The position numbers and the translations under genes were made by a program. A DNA stretch of 64,000 nucleotides from Candidatus Latescibacterota bacterium (lineage in GTDB: Bacteria > Latescibacterota > UBA2968 > UBA8231), in NCBI GenBank assembly GCA_965248355.1, contig OZ252098.1, positions 1,568,001 to 1,632,000 on the forward strand, given 5' to 3'. Position 1 is the first letter of the stretch; the number at the start of each line of letters is the position of its first letter. The notes below the pieces were generated by a model that was not told where the DNA came from, made no database searches, and worked only from the letters and a program-made list of their open reading frames with translations. Positions 28,711 to 37,580 of the stretch are shown here, in pieces.

Positions 28711-29967
28711 TTGACCGACCCCCTGCCGCGGCTCCAGCACCTGCTCGCCGAGGTGCTGGAAGGCAATCCCTTCTACGGCCCGCGGCTGCGCGCCGCGGGG
28801 GTGCGCTCCCCCGGCGACGTGTCGAGCCTGGCCGACTACGGGCGCCTGCCCTTCACCACCAAGCAGGAGCTGTCCGTCGACCAGGCCGCCCACCCGCCGT
28901 ACGGCACCAACCTCACCTACCCCCTCGACCGTTACGTGCGCCTGCACCAGACCTCCGGCACCACCGGCCAACGGCTGCGCTGGCTCGACACGCAGGCCGG
29001 CTGGGACTGGTTCACGGGGTGCTGGATGGAGGTCTACCGCGGGGCCGGCGTGCGGGCCTCGGACCGCCTGTTCTTCGCCTTCTCCTTCGCCCCCTTCATC
29101 GGCTTCTGGAGCGCCTTCGACGCCGCCGCCCGCATGGGTTTCATGGTCATTCCCGGCGGCGGCATGTCCTCGGTGCAGCGCCTGGAGGCCCTGCGCGCCA
29201 ACGACGCCACCGTGCTCGTGTGCACGCCCACCTACGCCCTGCACCTGGCCCAAGTGGCCCGAGACCAGGGCCTGGACCTTGCCGCCACGGCGGTGCGCAC
29301 CACCATCCACGCCGGCGAGCCGGGGGCCTCGCTGCCGGCCACCCGGGCGCGCATCGAGCAGGCCTGGGGGGCGCGCTGCTTCGATCACGCCGGCGCCACC
29401 GAGGTCGGCGCCTGGGGCTTCGAATGCGGCCAGCAGGACGGGCTGCACCTGAACGAGGAGGAATTCCTCTGCGAGATCCTCGAGCCGGGCACGGACCGCC
29501 CCGCCCACGAGGGCGAGCTGGTGATCACCAACCTCGGCCGCACCGGCTCCCCCGTGATCCGCTACCGGACCGGCGACCGGGTGCGCTGGCACGAGTCCGG
29601 ATCCTGCCCATGCGGGCGGACCTGGAGGCGCCTCGCCGGCGGCGTCATCGGCCGCCTCGACGACGCCCTGGTGGTGCGCGGCGTCAACCTCTACCCGAGC
29701 GCCATCGAGAACGTGGTGAGGGGCTTCCCCGAGGTGGAGGAATTCGCCGTCCACGTGCGCCGCCCCGGGGACCTGGACGAGCTGGAGATCGAGGTCGAGG
29801 TCGGCGCCGGACGGCGGGGACCGGCCGAGGTGGTGGAGGCCCTGACGGCGGCGGCGCACCGCGAGCTGGCGGTCCGCCCGAGGTTAAGCGCCGTGGCCCC
29901 GGGAAGCCTGCCCCGCTTCGAGCTGAAGGCGCGGCGCGTCACCGACCACCGGGAGCCGGCCTCGTGA
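28711..29967 (+). CDS. Phenylacetate-CoA ligase family (PaaK-like) adenylating enzyme
   Basis: LPFTTKQEL, HQTSGTTG, AGEPG, GATEVG, RYRTGD, GRLDD..VRGVNLYP. Confidence 0.88.
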   Translation: MTDPLPRLQHLLAEVLEGNPFYGPRLRAAGVRSPGDVSSLADYGRLPFTTKQELSVDQAAHPPYGTNLTYPLDRYVRLHQTSGTTGQRLRWLDTQAGWDWFTGCWMEVYRGAGVRASDRLFFAFSFAPFIGFWSAFDAAARMGFMVIPGGGMSSVQRLEALRANDATVLVCTPTYALHLAQVARDQGLDLAATAVRTTIHAGEPGASLPATRARIEQAWGARCFDHAGATEVGAWGFECGQQDGLHLNEEEFLCEILEPGTDRPAHEGELVITNLGRTGSPVIRYRTGDRVRWHESGSCPCGRTWRRLAGGVIGRLDDALVVRGVNLYPSAIENVVRGFPEVEEFAVHVRRPGDLDELEIEVEVGAGRRGPAEVVEALTAAAHRELAVRPRLSAVAPGSLPRFELKARRVTDHREPAS

Positions 29968-31208
29968 AGGACCGCTACGATGTCGTCGTCGCCGGCGGCG
30001 GTCCGGCGGGAGCCACGGTGGCCGCCCTGGTGGCCGAGGGCGGGTACCGGGTCCTGCTCCTGGAGCGGGAGCCCACGCCCCCCTTCAAGGTCGGCGAGTC
30101 CCTCATGCCGGCGACCTGGTGGACCTTCCGGCGCCTGGGCCTGCTGGAGCGGCTCCAGGCCAGCGCCTTCCCGAGAAAGCACAGCGTCCAGTTCTTCGGG
30201 GGCTCGGGCCGCGCTTCGGCGCCGTTCTACTTCTCCGAGTTCGACTCCGGCGAGAGCGCCGTGACCTGGCAGGTCCTGCGTAGCGACTTCGACGCCATGA
30301 TGCTGGACAACGCCGGCGCCAAAGGCGCCGAGATCGTTCAGGGCGCCACGGTTCTCGACGTCCGCTTCGAGGGCGACAAGGCCGCGGGCGTACGCGTCCG
30401 CGAGCCCGGCGGGGCCGTGCGAGAGATCGACGCCGCCGTCACCGTCGACGCCACCGGCCAGAGCGCCCTGCTGGCGCGCCGGCTCAAGCTGGCCGAGACC
30501 GAGCCCAATCTGCGGAAGGCCTCCCTCTACACCCACTACAGCGGAGGCTTGCGCGACGATGGCGTCGACGAGGGCGCCACCCTGATCCTGCACACGCGGG
30601 ATAAGGATTCCTGGTTCTGGTACATCCCCCTGCCCGACGACCGCGTCAGCGTCGGCGTCGTGGGCGACCGCGACTACCTGCTGCGCCGCGCCGGGAGGCC
30701 GTCGCCGCAGCGCGTCTTCGAGGAGGAGCTGGCCGCCTGCCCCGCCCTGGGGGAACGCCTCGCCCCGTCCCGGCAGGTGCTGCCCATGAAGGTCACCCGC
30801 GACTTCTCCTACCGCGCCCGGCGCATCGCCGGCGACGGCTGGGTGCTGGTGGGCGACGCCTTCGGCTTCCTCGACCCCATCTACTCCTCCGGAGTGCTGC
30901 TCGCCCTGAAGTCCGGCGAGATGGCCGCCGACGCCATCGTCTCGGCGTTGGCCGACGGCGAGCCCACGGCGGAGCGTCTGGGCGCCTTCGGACCCGACTT
31001 CACCCGCGGCATGGAGGCGGTACGCAAGCTGGTCTACGCCTTCTACACGAAGGAGTTCAGCTTCGCCGAGTTCCTCCAGGCCCATCCCCACTGCAAGCGG
31101 GGCCTGGTGGACATCCTCAGCGGCAACCTCTACGACGAGAGGGTCCACGAGATCTTCGAGCCCATGGCCGGCGTCTGCCCGCTGCCGGAGGAGATGTTGT
31201 TGGGGTGA
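29964..31208 (+). CDS. FAD-dependent oxidoreductase, flavin-dependent halogenase-like
   Basis: GTG start at 29964. DVVVAGGGPAG, KVGESL, FPRK, WFWYIP (WxWxIP halogenase motif), GDAFGFLDPIYSSGV. Confidence 0.8.
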   Translation: MKDRYDVVVAGGGPAGATVAALVAEGGYRVLLLEREPTPPFKVGESLMPATWWTFRRLGLLERLQASAFPRKHSVQFFGGSGRASAPFYFSEFDSGESAVTWQVLRSDFDAMMLDNAGAKGAEIVQGATVLDVRFEGDKAAGVRVREPGGAVREIDAAVTVDATGQSALLARRLKLAETEPNLRKASLYTHYSGGLRDDGVDEGATLILHTRDKDSWFWYIPLPDDRVSVGVVGDRDYLLRRAGRPSPQRVFEEELAACPALGERLAPSRQVLPMKVTRDFSYRARRIAGDGWVLVGDAFGFLDPIYSSGVLLALKSGEMAADAIVSALADGEPTAERLGAFGPDFTRGMEAVRKLVYAFYTKEFSFAEFLQAHPHCKRGLVDILSGNLYDERVHEIFEPMAGVCPLPEEMLLG

Positions 31209-31236
31209 GGGGCGGGAAGAGGAGGACCGGCTCTCG

Positions 31237-31264
31237 TTGACAAACTCAACACATCTGGTATTTT
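31237..31264 (+). promoter_or_regulatory. Sigma70 promoter for Thoeris
   Basis: TTGACA (31237-31242), 16 nt spacer, TATTTT (31259-31264) preceded by a TGn extended -10. Confidence 0.65.
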
Positions 31265-31315
31265 ACTCACGCTCATCCCACTACGCGAACCCAATTTCAG
31301 AGAGAGAGCTATAGG

Positions 31316-32146
31316 TTGAGGGGTGCTACTCTTGGCATAGCGAAACATCCGGGGAGATCATTGGGCCACTTCATCTGTGCATTTGGCGTGCTCTGGACAC
31401 TCATTGAGGGACTAACCCATTTTCTGCCAACACTCGACATTCGAGGGGCGCTTTCCCTCCTCATTGTAATCGCCATTGGTGTGATCTACTCAGCGTATAG
31501 GATGCATCGTCCGTCCTCGGTCATTTTCGGCATTGCCCACACAAACACCAAGATCCAGATTTCCTTTGGGGATCTTTTCTGTGAGGAAGGAGTAAGGTGC
31601 ATTCCAGTCAATGAGTTCTTCGACAGTGAGCTCGGGCTTCCGGTCTCACAGGATAGTCTTCATGGGATTTTTCTGTCCCGGTGCTTCGGAGGGCATTCTC
31701 CCGCATTCGACGAGGTCATCTGTGATGAACTTGCGGATACCACATCCGAGCTGATAGAGAGAGATCAAGGGAAGAGGGTGAGATATCCCATTGGTGCGAC
31801 CGCTATCGTGCCAAGCAATTCAGATCGCTATCTGTGCTTCGCTCTTTCCCGCACCGATACTGCAACTCTCAAAGCGGAAGCAGATGTCCCGACGCTGTGG
31901 CGGGCACTCGAGGGGCTCTACTCCAAGGCTCGGACTTCCCTTGGGGGATCCCCTCTCGTTCTGCCTCTTGTCGGAAGCGGCCTATCAGCCGTAGACCTTC
32001 CTGCAAGAGATCTCCTGGATTTGATCATTCTCTCTATCATTGCTGAGAGCAAGAAGCGGCAAGTAACCATGCTCATCAAGATAATACTCACACCTGATCG
32101 ATTCGCTGAAGTCGATCTTACAGAAGTCCACAATCATTGGAGGTGA
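31316..32146 (+). CDS. thsA: Thoeris type II effector ThsA (2 TM helices + macro domain, DUF6430-like)
   Basis: Two N-terminal TM helices, then IQISFGDLF..IPVNEFFD..SLHG..YPIG..LPLVGSGLS. Directly upstream of a TIR gene. Confidence 0.82.
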   Translation: MRGATLGIAKHPGRSLGHFICAFGVLWTLIEGLTHFLPTLDIRGALSLLIVIAIGVIYSAYRMHRPSSVIFGIAHTNTKIQISFGDLFCEEGVRCIPVNEFFDSELGLPVSQDSLHGIFLSRCFGGHSPAFDEVICDELADTTSELIERDQGKRVRYPIGATAIVPSNSDRYLCFALSRTDTATLKAEADVPTLWRALEGLYSKARTSLGGSPLVLPLVGSGLSAVDLPARDLLDLIILSIIAESKKRQVTMLIKIILTPDRFAEVDLTEVHNHWR

Positions 32147-32150
32147 AGCC

Positions 32151-32719
32151 ATGGCATACAGAAATGGGAACTACTCCGCCTTTTACGTCGATGAACCTTT
32201 TTCGGAAACCAACCTTGGAGCCCACTCAGCCAAGGATTTTCTGTCCTACAACTTGCTGAGGGCATGGAAAGGCGCCGATTCCTCCTTTCCCTTTGTCGAT
32301 TCACACAACAAGAACTATGACGTTAGAGACGACAGCGACTGGGAACGAACTCTCAAACCGCGGATCCGTGAACGACTGAGTAACTCTAAGAACATTATTC
32401 TCTTTTTGAGCTCAATAACCAAGAGTTCGAGGGCTCTTCGAGAGGAAATCGACTATGGGATCAACACAAACGGTCTACCGGTCATCGTCGTGTACCCGGA
32501 ATATGCAGAGAAATCAGACATCATCACTTGTACTTCAGAGACGATTAGGCAGAGCATCAAGAACCTCTGGGACAATTTGCCGATATTTCGCAATTCTATG
32601 AATGCTGTGCCAACACTACATGTCCAAACAAGAAAGCCCTGATAAGAAGAGCACTCGAAGATGAGGACCTCATGATCAACACCAAGTGTAACCCTGAAAC
32701 CTATTTCTATCCATGTTGA
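32151..32719 (+). pseudogene. thsB: Thoeris ThsB TIR-domain protein with an apparent 1-nt deletion near 32625 (ORF stops at 32642)
   Basis: MAYRNGNYSAFY..YNLLRAWK..FVDSH..TLKPRIRERLSNSKNIILFLS..ALREEIDYG. A shifted frame continues NKKALIRRALEDEDLMINTKCNPETYFYPC to TGA at 32717-32719. Confidence 0.78.
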
Positions 32720-32745
32720 AGTGCCCCCTATCTTCTATTGGCGAA

Positions 32746-32869
32746 GAGCGGGGCGACAACGCCATCCTCGATCTGGGGCCCGGCGCTCTTGGTCCACTGC
32801 CGAGTGGCCGGAGTCCCACCTCTCTGCTGGCGGGTAACCCTCGGCCGACTCGGGGAGGCGGCGCCCTGA
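32746..32869 (+). pseudogene. Decayed remnant of the 3' end of the propeller gene 45914..47212
   Basis: 32746-32793 matches 46970-47019. ccgagtggccg(a)gagtcccacct at 32800-32821 matches 47089-47111. The remnant ends gcgccctga, like the intact gene at 47212. Confidence 0.7.
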
Positions 32870-33120
32870 AATGTCTCATCGAGTGGGGCGCCTGAATGGA
32901 CCGCGACCCACCTTGGTCCTGCTCAGCGGACACCGGCCCTGGCCTCCCTGCTGGGCAGCGATCCCGGGGCATGGACGGCTCATCAGCAAGAGCGTCTGGT
33001 GATCGATTAGGGCGCGCCCCTCCGAGGAGAACCCGTCTTTCTCCAGAAGCGTCGGGGAACAGGGCACGGCATCCCGGTCTACCCTGCCACCCCCTCTCCT
33101 GACCCAACAAGGACCTTGCG

Positions 33121-33612
33121 ATGAGACCGATCTGCCTTTCTTGGGCTGCTGTCGTCCTACTGGCAGCCTGTTCAGACGAGAAACCCTCCTCGCCCGGCGT
33201 CAGCGATGAGGAGTCGGCGCAGCAGTTCCGAAAGGAGGAGACCTACGACCACACTCGAGCGGGGGCGCGGCTGATCCTGTCATTTGACGCGGAGGCCAAC
33301 GCCTTCACCGGGACGGTGCAGAATACCACCGGGGGCACGCTGTCGCGAGTGCGGGTCGAGGTTCACCTGTCGAACGGAACGGAACTTGGGCCGACGACCC
33401 CGGTGGACCTGGCGCCCGGCCAGACTGTTCCGGTCGCCCTGGTGGCCACCAGCGAGCCCTTCGATACGTGGAGTGCCCATCCCGAAGTTGGCGGCGGAGA
33501 GGACGAAGGGGGCGAGCATGCAGGAGATGGTGAGCACGACGGAGAAGGCGGCGGCGAGCACGACGGCGAGGGTGACGAAGGCGGGGAGAGCGGCGGCGAA
33601 CACTCCGGCTGA
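33121..33612 (+). CDS. Lipoprotein with a small beta-sandwich domain and an acidic Gly/Glu/His-rich tail
   Basis: Lipobox LLAAC. Tail GGEHAGDGEHDGEGGGEHDGEGDEGGESGGEHSG. Confidence 0.8.
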   Translation: MRPICLSWAAVVLLAACSDEKPSSPGVSDEESAQQFRKEETYDHTRAGARLILSFDAEANAFTGTVQNTTGGTLSRVRVEVHLSNGTELGPTTPVDLAPGQTVPVALVATSEPFDTWSAHPEVGGGEDEGGEHAGDGEHDGEGGGEHDGEGDEGGESGGEHSG

Positions 33613-33798
33613 CCCGTCACAGTCTCTACTTCAAGGATGTTATTGCCCGGTTTTGGCCCCGTTCCCCGCTGCCGAAGGACGGACTCCGGCGAGGCCACGG
33701 AACACGGCGACCCCTCTCCCCTGCCCGAGGCCCCTGAGGCGTCCAGAAGGCTGCCACCAACTCCAAAGCGTGTTGACAGGGGTAATGGCCGGGGTGGA

Positions 33799-34266
33799 CT
33801 ATTCCTTCGACGATCGATCAATGGAGAGAGCCGTCTGAAATACCCGATCCCTTCCGTGCAGCCACTTGGCGAGCCCTCGGGCGATCCCGATTTCACCCCC
33901 CTTGCGCAGGGCGCACTCCCAGACGACCGCAACTCGCCAGCCTGTCTCGAGGAGCTCGCCTTGAGTGCGTCGGTCCCGTTCCACGTTGGAATCGAACTTG
34001 GCTTGCCAGAACTCCGCGCGGGTGCTCGGCGTAGCAGCGTACGGGCAGCCGGGATGGCGGTGCCAGAAGCAGCCGTGAACGAAGCACACCGCTCCGAATC
34101 GCCGAAACACCAAGTCGGGAGTGCCGGGGAGTTTCCGGTCGTGCAGACGGTACCGGAGACCGAGCGCATGGACGGCCCGTCGGAGTACGAGCTCGGGAAC
34201 AGTGTCCCCGCTTCCGATCCCCGCCATCATGCGCGAACGGGTCGCCCGATCGACAATATCCGGCAT
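33799..34266 (-). CDS. vsr: Very short patch repair endonuclease
   Basis: DIVDRATRSRMMAGI..PE..LPGTPDLVF..FVHGCFWHRH..GWRVAVVWEC. Confidence 0.95.
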   Translation of the reverse strand: MPDIVDRATRSRMMAGIGSGDTVPELVLRRAVHALGLRYRLHDRKLPGTPDLVFRRFGAVCFVHGCFWHRHPGCPYAATPSTRAEFWQAKFDSNVERDRRTQGELLETGWRVAVVWECALRKGGEIGIARGLAKWLHGRDRVFQTALSIDRSSKE

Positions 34267-34439
34267 GGTCAGTTACTCCCGATTCTTGGCCATTGCTGCA
34301 AACGAATTCACGGGAAATCCTTGCAAATGATCAAGCTGTGCGCGAGCCCCGCCTGTACTCCCGAACGGGGTCGGTGTCTCAGCCAGTCGCACTGTGGACT
34401 GGCGCGCCTGGCCTCAGAGTCGCCGGTCAGGGTTGGGTC

Positions 34440-35999
34440 GTGAGGCGTATAGTGCCCATCGTGGATCTGTTCTCGGGGCCGGGAGGACTCGGGGAGGGAT
34501 TCACCGCGTTCCGAAGCCCAAAGGGCAGACGCAGATTCCGTATCGAGCTGTCCATCGAGAAGGACCGCGTAGCCCATCGCACGCTGCTGCTGCGCGCGTT
34601 TCTCCGTCAATTCGGGACACGTTTCCCTTCGGAGTACTACGATTTCCTGAACGGAGTGACGGACGAACCGGACTGGGCAGAGCTCTACCCCAAGCACTGG
34701 GCAAGCGCGTGCGACGACACCAAATGCCTGGAACTGGGCACCCCGGATGCGGATGGGTTTCTGCAGCGCAGGATCGGCCAGATTCGGGCCAAACATGGTG
34801 GACGGACGGTGCTGCTGGGTGGCCCGCCGTGCCAGTCCTATTCCATCGCCGGCAGATCACGCAACGCCGGCAATAGCGAGTACCACCCTGAGGAGGACCA
34901 CCGTCAGTCTCTCTACGAGCACTACGCAAAGGTACTCCAGAAGCTTCGCCCCTCGATTGCCGTCATGGAGAACGTCAAGGGGATGCTCTCCGCTCAGCAC
35001 AATGGAGACCAGATCTTCCCACAGGTCATGGACAGTCTCCGCCACTCGGGCGGGAAGGACAGATACCGGCTCTTTGCTCTGCACTCCCGCTCGAAGGGTC
35101 AGAGTTGGGACGAGGGGTTGATGCCGAAGGACTTCCTCCTGCATGCAGAAGACTACGGAGTCCCGCAGTCACGTCATCGGGTGTTCATCATTGGCGTACG
35201 AAGCGACCTTGCCAAGGCACTTCCCGATGGCTGCCTCCCGAAATTGGAGCCATGGACGGACACCGTTTCCGTCAAGGAAATCATCGGTTCCATGCCGAAA
35301 CTTCGCAGTCGCCTCAGTCGGGACGACGATGCTCGGTCCTGGCAGCGTGCGGTACGGGAGGCCTGCAAATTGGTCAGGGCCATTCGCCCGAAGATGTCTC
35401 GAAAGGAGGCGAAGCAATTCAGGAAGGCCATAGCCCGGGCCGAGGCTACGGCAACGGGTCGTGCACCCCGGTGCGCCAAAGCTCGCGGCAAGGTTCGGCT
35501 GCCCGCTCGATGCCCTTCAGAGATTGGTGAGTGGATCCTGGACCAAAACCTCAAAGTCCTTCCCAACAACGAGACGAGGGCTCACATGGCTCCGGATCTC
35601 TCCCGCTACCTGTTTGCCGCAGCATTCGGGTGGGCCTTCGGACGCTCCCCGAAGAGCTCCGACTTCCCCGAAGAGCTTGCACCGGATCACACCAGTTGGA
35701 ACACGGGCAACTTCGATGACCGCTACAGGGTCCAGATTGACGACCAGCCCTCAACGACCGTCACGAGTCACATCGCCAAGGATGGTCACTACTTCATCCA
35801 TCCAGACCCTGGTCAATGCCGGAGTCTCACCGTGAGAGAGGTCGCCCGTCTCCAGACCTTTCCCGACAACTACCTCTTCCACGGCAGCCGCTCTCAGCAG
35901 TATGTCCAAGTGGGCAACGCGGTCCCTCCGTTTCTCGCATACCAGATCGCCAGGATTCTCTGGAGTGTTCTTGACAGTCACGAGCGGATTCGCAGGTGA
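34440..35999 (+). CDS. dcm: C5 DNA cytosine methyltransferase
   Basis: Motifs DLFSGPGG (I), GGPPCQ (IV), MENV (VI), QSRHRVF (VIII), RSLTVREVARLQTFP (IX), QVGNAVPP (X). GTG start inferred. Confidence 0.95.
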   Translation: MRRIVPIVDLFSGPGGLGEGFTAFRSPKGRRRFRIELSIEKDRVAHRTLLLRAFLRQFGTRFPSEYYDFLNGVTDEPDWAELYPKHWASACDDTKCLELGTPDADGFLQRRIGQIRAKHGGRTVLLGGPPCQSYSIAGRSRNAGNSEYHPEEDHRQSLYEHYAKVLQKLRPSIAVMENVKGMLSAQHNGDQIFPQVMDSLRHSGGKDRYRLFALHSRSKGQSWDEGLMPKDFLLHAEDYGVPQSRHRVFIIGVRSDLAKALPDGCLPKLEPWTDTVSVKEIIGSMPKLRSRLSRDDDARSWQRAVREACKLVRAIRPKMSRKEAKQFRKAIARAEATATGRAPRCAKARGKVRLPARCPSEIGEWILDQNLKVLPNNETRAHMAPDLSRYLFAAAFGWAFGRSPKSSDFPEELAPDHTSWNTGNFDDRYRVQIDDQPSTTVTSHIAKDGHYFIHPDPGQCRSLTVREVARLQTFPDNYLFHGSRSQQYVQVGNAVPPFLAYQIARILWSVLDSHERIRR

Positions 36000-36080
36000 T
36001 GTGTGCGCCGTCTTCCGCGCCTTCCGATGCGTGACCTCGGACCGATCACCCAGACCACCCCTTGGCGCAGTGAAGACTCC

Positions 36081-37580
36081 ATGACCTCCGAAGCAGACTC
36101 ACGAGAAAGGGAACTTCCTCCTCGGGCCTCGATGCTCGTGGAGAGCCTGCGAGACATCGGCTATTCCTTGCAGACAGCCGTGGCCGATGTCATCGACAAC
36201 TCACTGACCGCAGGAGCCCGCAAGATCGAACTCCACGCGGAAACGCATGCGGAAGACCCTGCGATCGGAATTCTCGACGACGGGACCGGCATGACGCGAG
36301 CGGAACTCCTCGAAGCGATGCGCCCGGGCAGCCGGAGCCCCCTTGAAGAGCGGACGGCCACGGACCTTGGCCGATTCGGGCTTGGACTCAAGACGGCGTC
36401 CTTCTCGCAGTGCCGCCGATTGACCGTGATCACCCGCAGAGCGGGGACAATGTCCTGCGCGGTCTGGGACTTGGACAGGGTCGCGGCGAGCGACAGGTGG
36501 ATTGTCGAGCTTCCCGAGGAGGTCGGGAGGATTCCGTGGTCAGACCGCCTCGTGGCGGACGGCACGCTAGTCGTCTGGCAGAAACTCGACCGCTTGGTCG
36601 GTCCCGACGGGCAAGGAGATCGAGGGGACCTCGTTCGCCAACTCGACGAGACGGCGAATCACGTCGAGTTCGTGTTCCACCGGTTCCTCTCCGGCATGGA
36701 GTATCGGGATGGGAGCGTAGAGATCTCCCTCAACGGCCGCGAGTTAACTCCCTTCGATCCGTTCCATTCGAATCATCCGGCCACCCAGCACCATCACGGT
36801 GAGACCTTCGCGCTTGCCGACCAGGAGATCCGGATCCGGCCCGTCACCCTCCCCCATCACGACAAGGTCTCGAAGGAAGACTGGAGACGTTACGCCGGGC
36901 CGGAAGGATACGTGAAGAACCAGGGCTTCTACCTGTACCGAAACCGGCGGCTCATCGTCCACGGCACTTGGTTCGGCCTGGCCCGTCAGCTTGAGCTCAC
37001 AAAACTCTGCCGCGTCCGCATTGACATGCCCAGTAGCCTCGACGCGGAGTGGAAGATCGACGTCAAGAAGGCTTCGGCCCAACCTCCACCTCCAGTTCGC
37101 GAGAGACTTCGCCGCATCATCGATCAGCTCGGGATCCCGTCAATTCGGGCATACAGGCAACGCGGCTCCCGGCTGGTCGATGACAGCCGTTTGCCGGTCT
37201 GGACGCGGTCGCAGGACAAAAACGAGATCTCGTACGCCCTCGACACCGAACATCCGCTCTTCTCTGCATTTCAGGGGCAGATCGATGCAGAGAGGGCTGA
37301 TGACTTCAGGAAGCTTCTCGGACTCATCGTTTCCACGCTGCCCATTGATGCACTATACGAAGATGTCAGCGCAAGCGCCGAGTCCGTGGTGCCCACGCTG
37401 CTAGCGCCAGAGGACTTCCGGGAGATCGTGGAAGTGACTTGGCGCGCTCTCGCGGCCCGGGGGGTCTCGGAGACTGACGCGGAGGCTCGAATGCGCTCGG
37501 CTGATCCATTCCGCTCACGGTGGGAGGAGGCGGCCAGCGTGCTCAGATTCCTGAAGACGGAAGGGAAGGAGGAATCGTGA
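36081..37580 (+). CDS. MORC/MutL-type GHKL ATPase (MzaB-like)
   Basis: SLRDIGYS..ADVIDNS, DDGTGM, DLGRFGLGLKTASFSQ, QGFYLYRNRRLI, WKIDVKK. Confidence 0.9.
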   Translation: MTSEADSRERELPPRASMLVESLRDIGYSLQTAVADVIDNSLTAGARKIELHAETHAEDPAIGILDDGTGMTRAELLEAMRPGSRSPLEERTATDLGRFGLGLKTASFSQCRRLTVITRRAGTMSCAVWDLDRVAASDRWIVELPEEVGRIPWSDRLVADGTLVVWQKLDRLVGPDGQGDRGDLVRQLDETANHVEFVFHRFLSGMEYRDGSVEISLNGRELTPFDPFHSNHPATQHHHGETFALADQEIRIRPVTLPHHDKVSKEDWRRYAGPEGYVKNQGFYLYRNRRLIVHGTWFGLARQLELTKLCRVRIDMPSSLDAEWKIDVKKASAQPPPPVRERLRRIIDQLGIPSIRAYRQRGSRLVDDSRLPVWTRSQDKNEISYALDTEHPLFSAFQGQIDAERADDFRKLLGLIVSTLPIDALYEDVSASAESVVPTLLAPEDFREIVEVTWRALAARGVSETDAEARMRSADPFRSRWEEAASVLRFLKTEGKEES

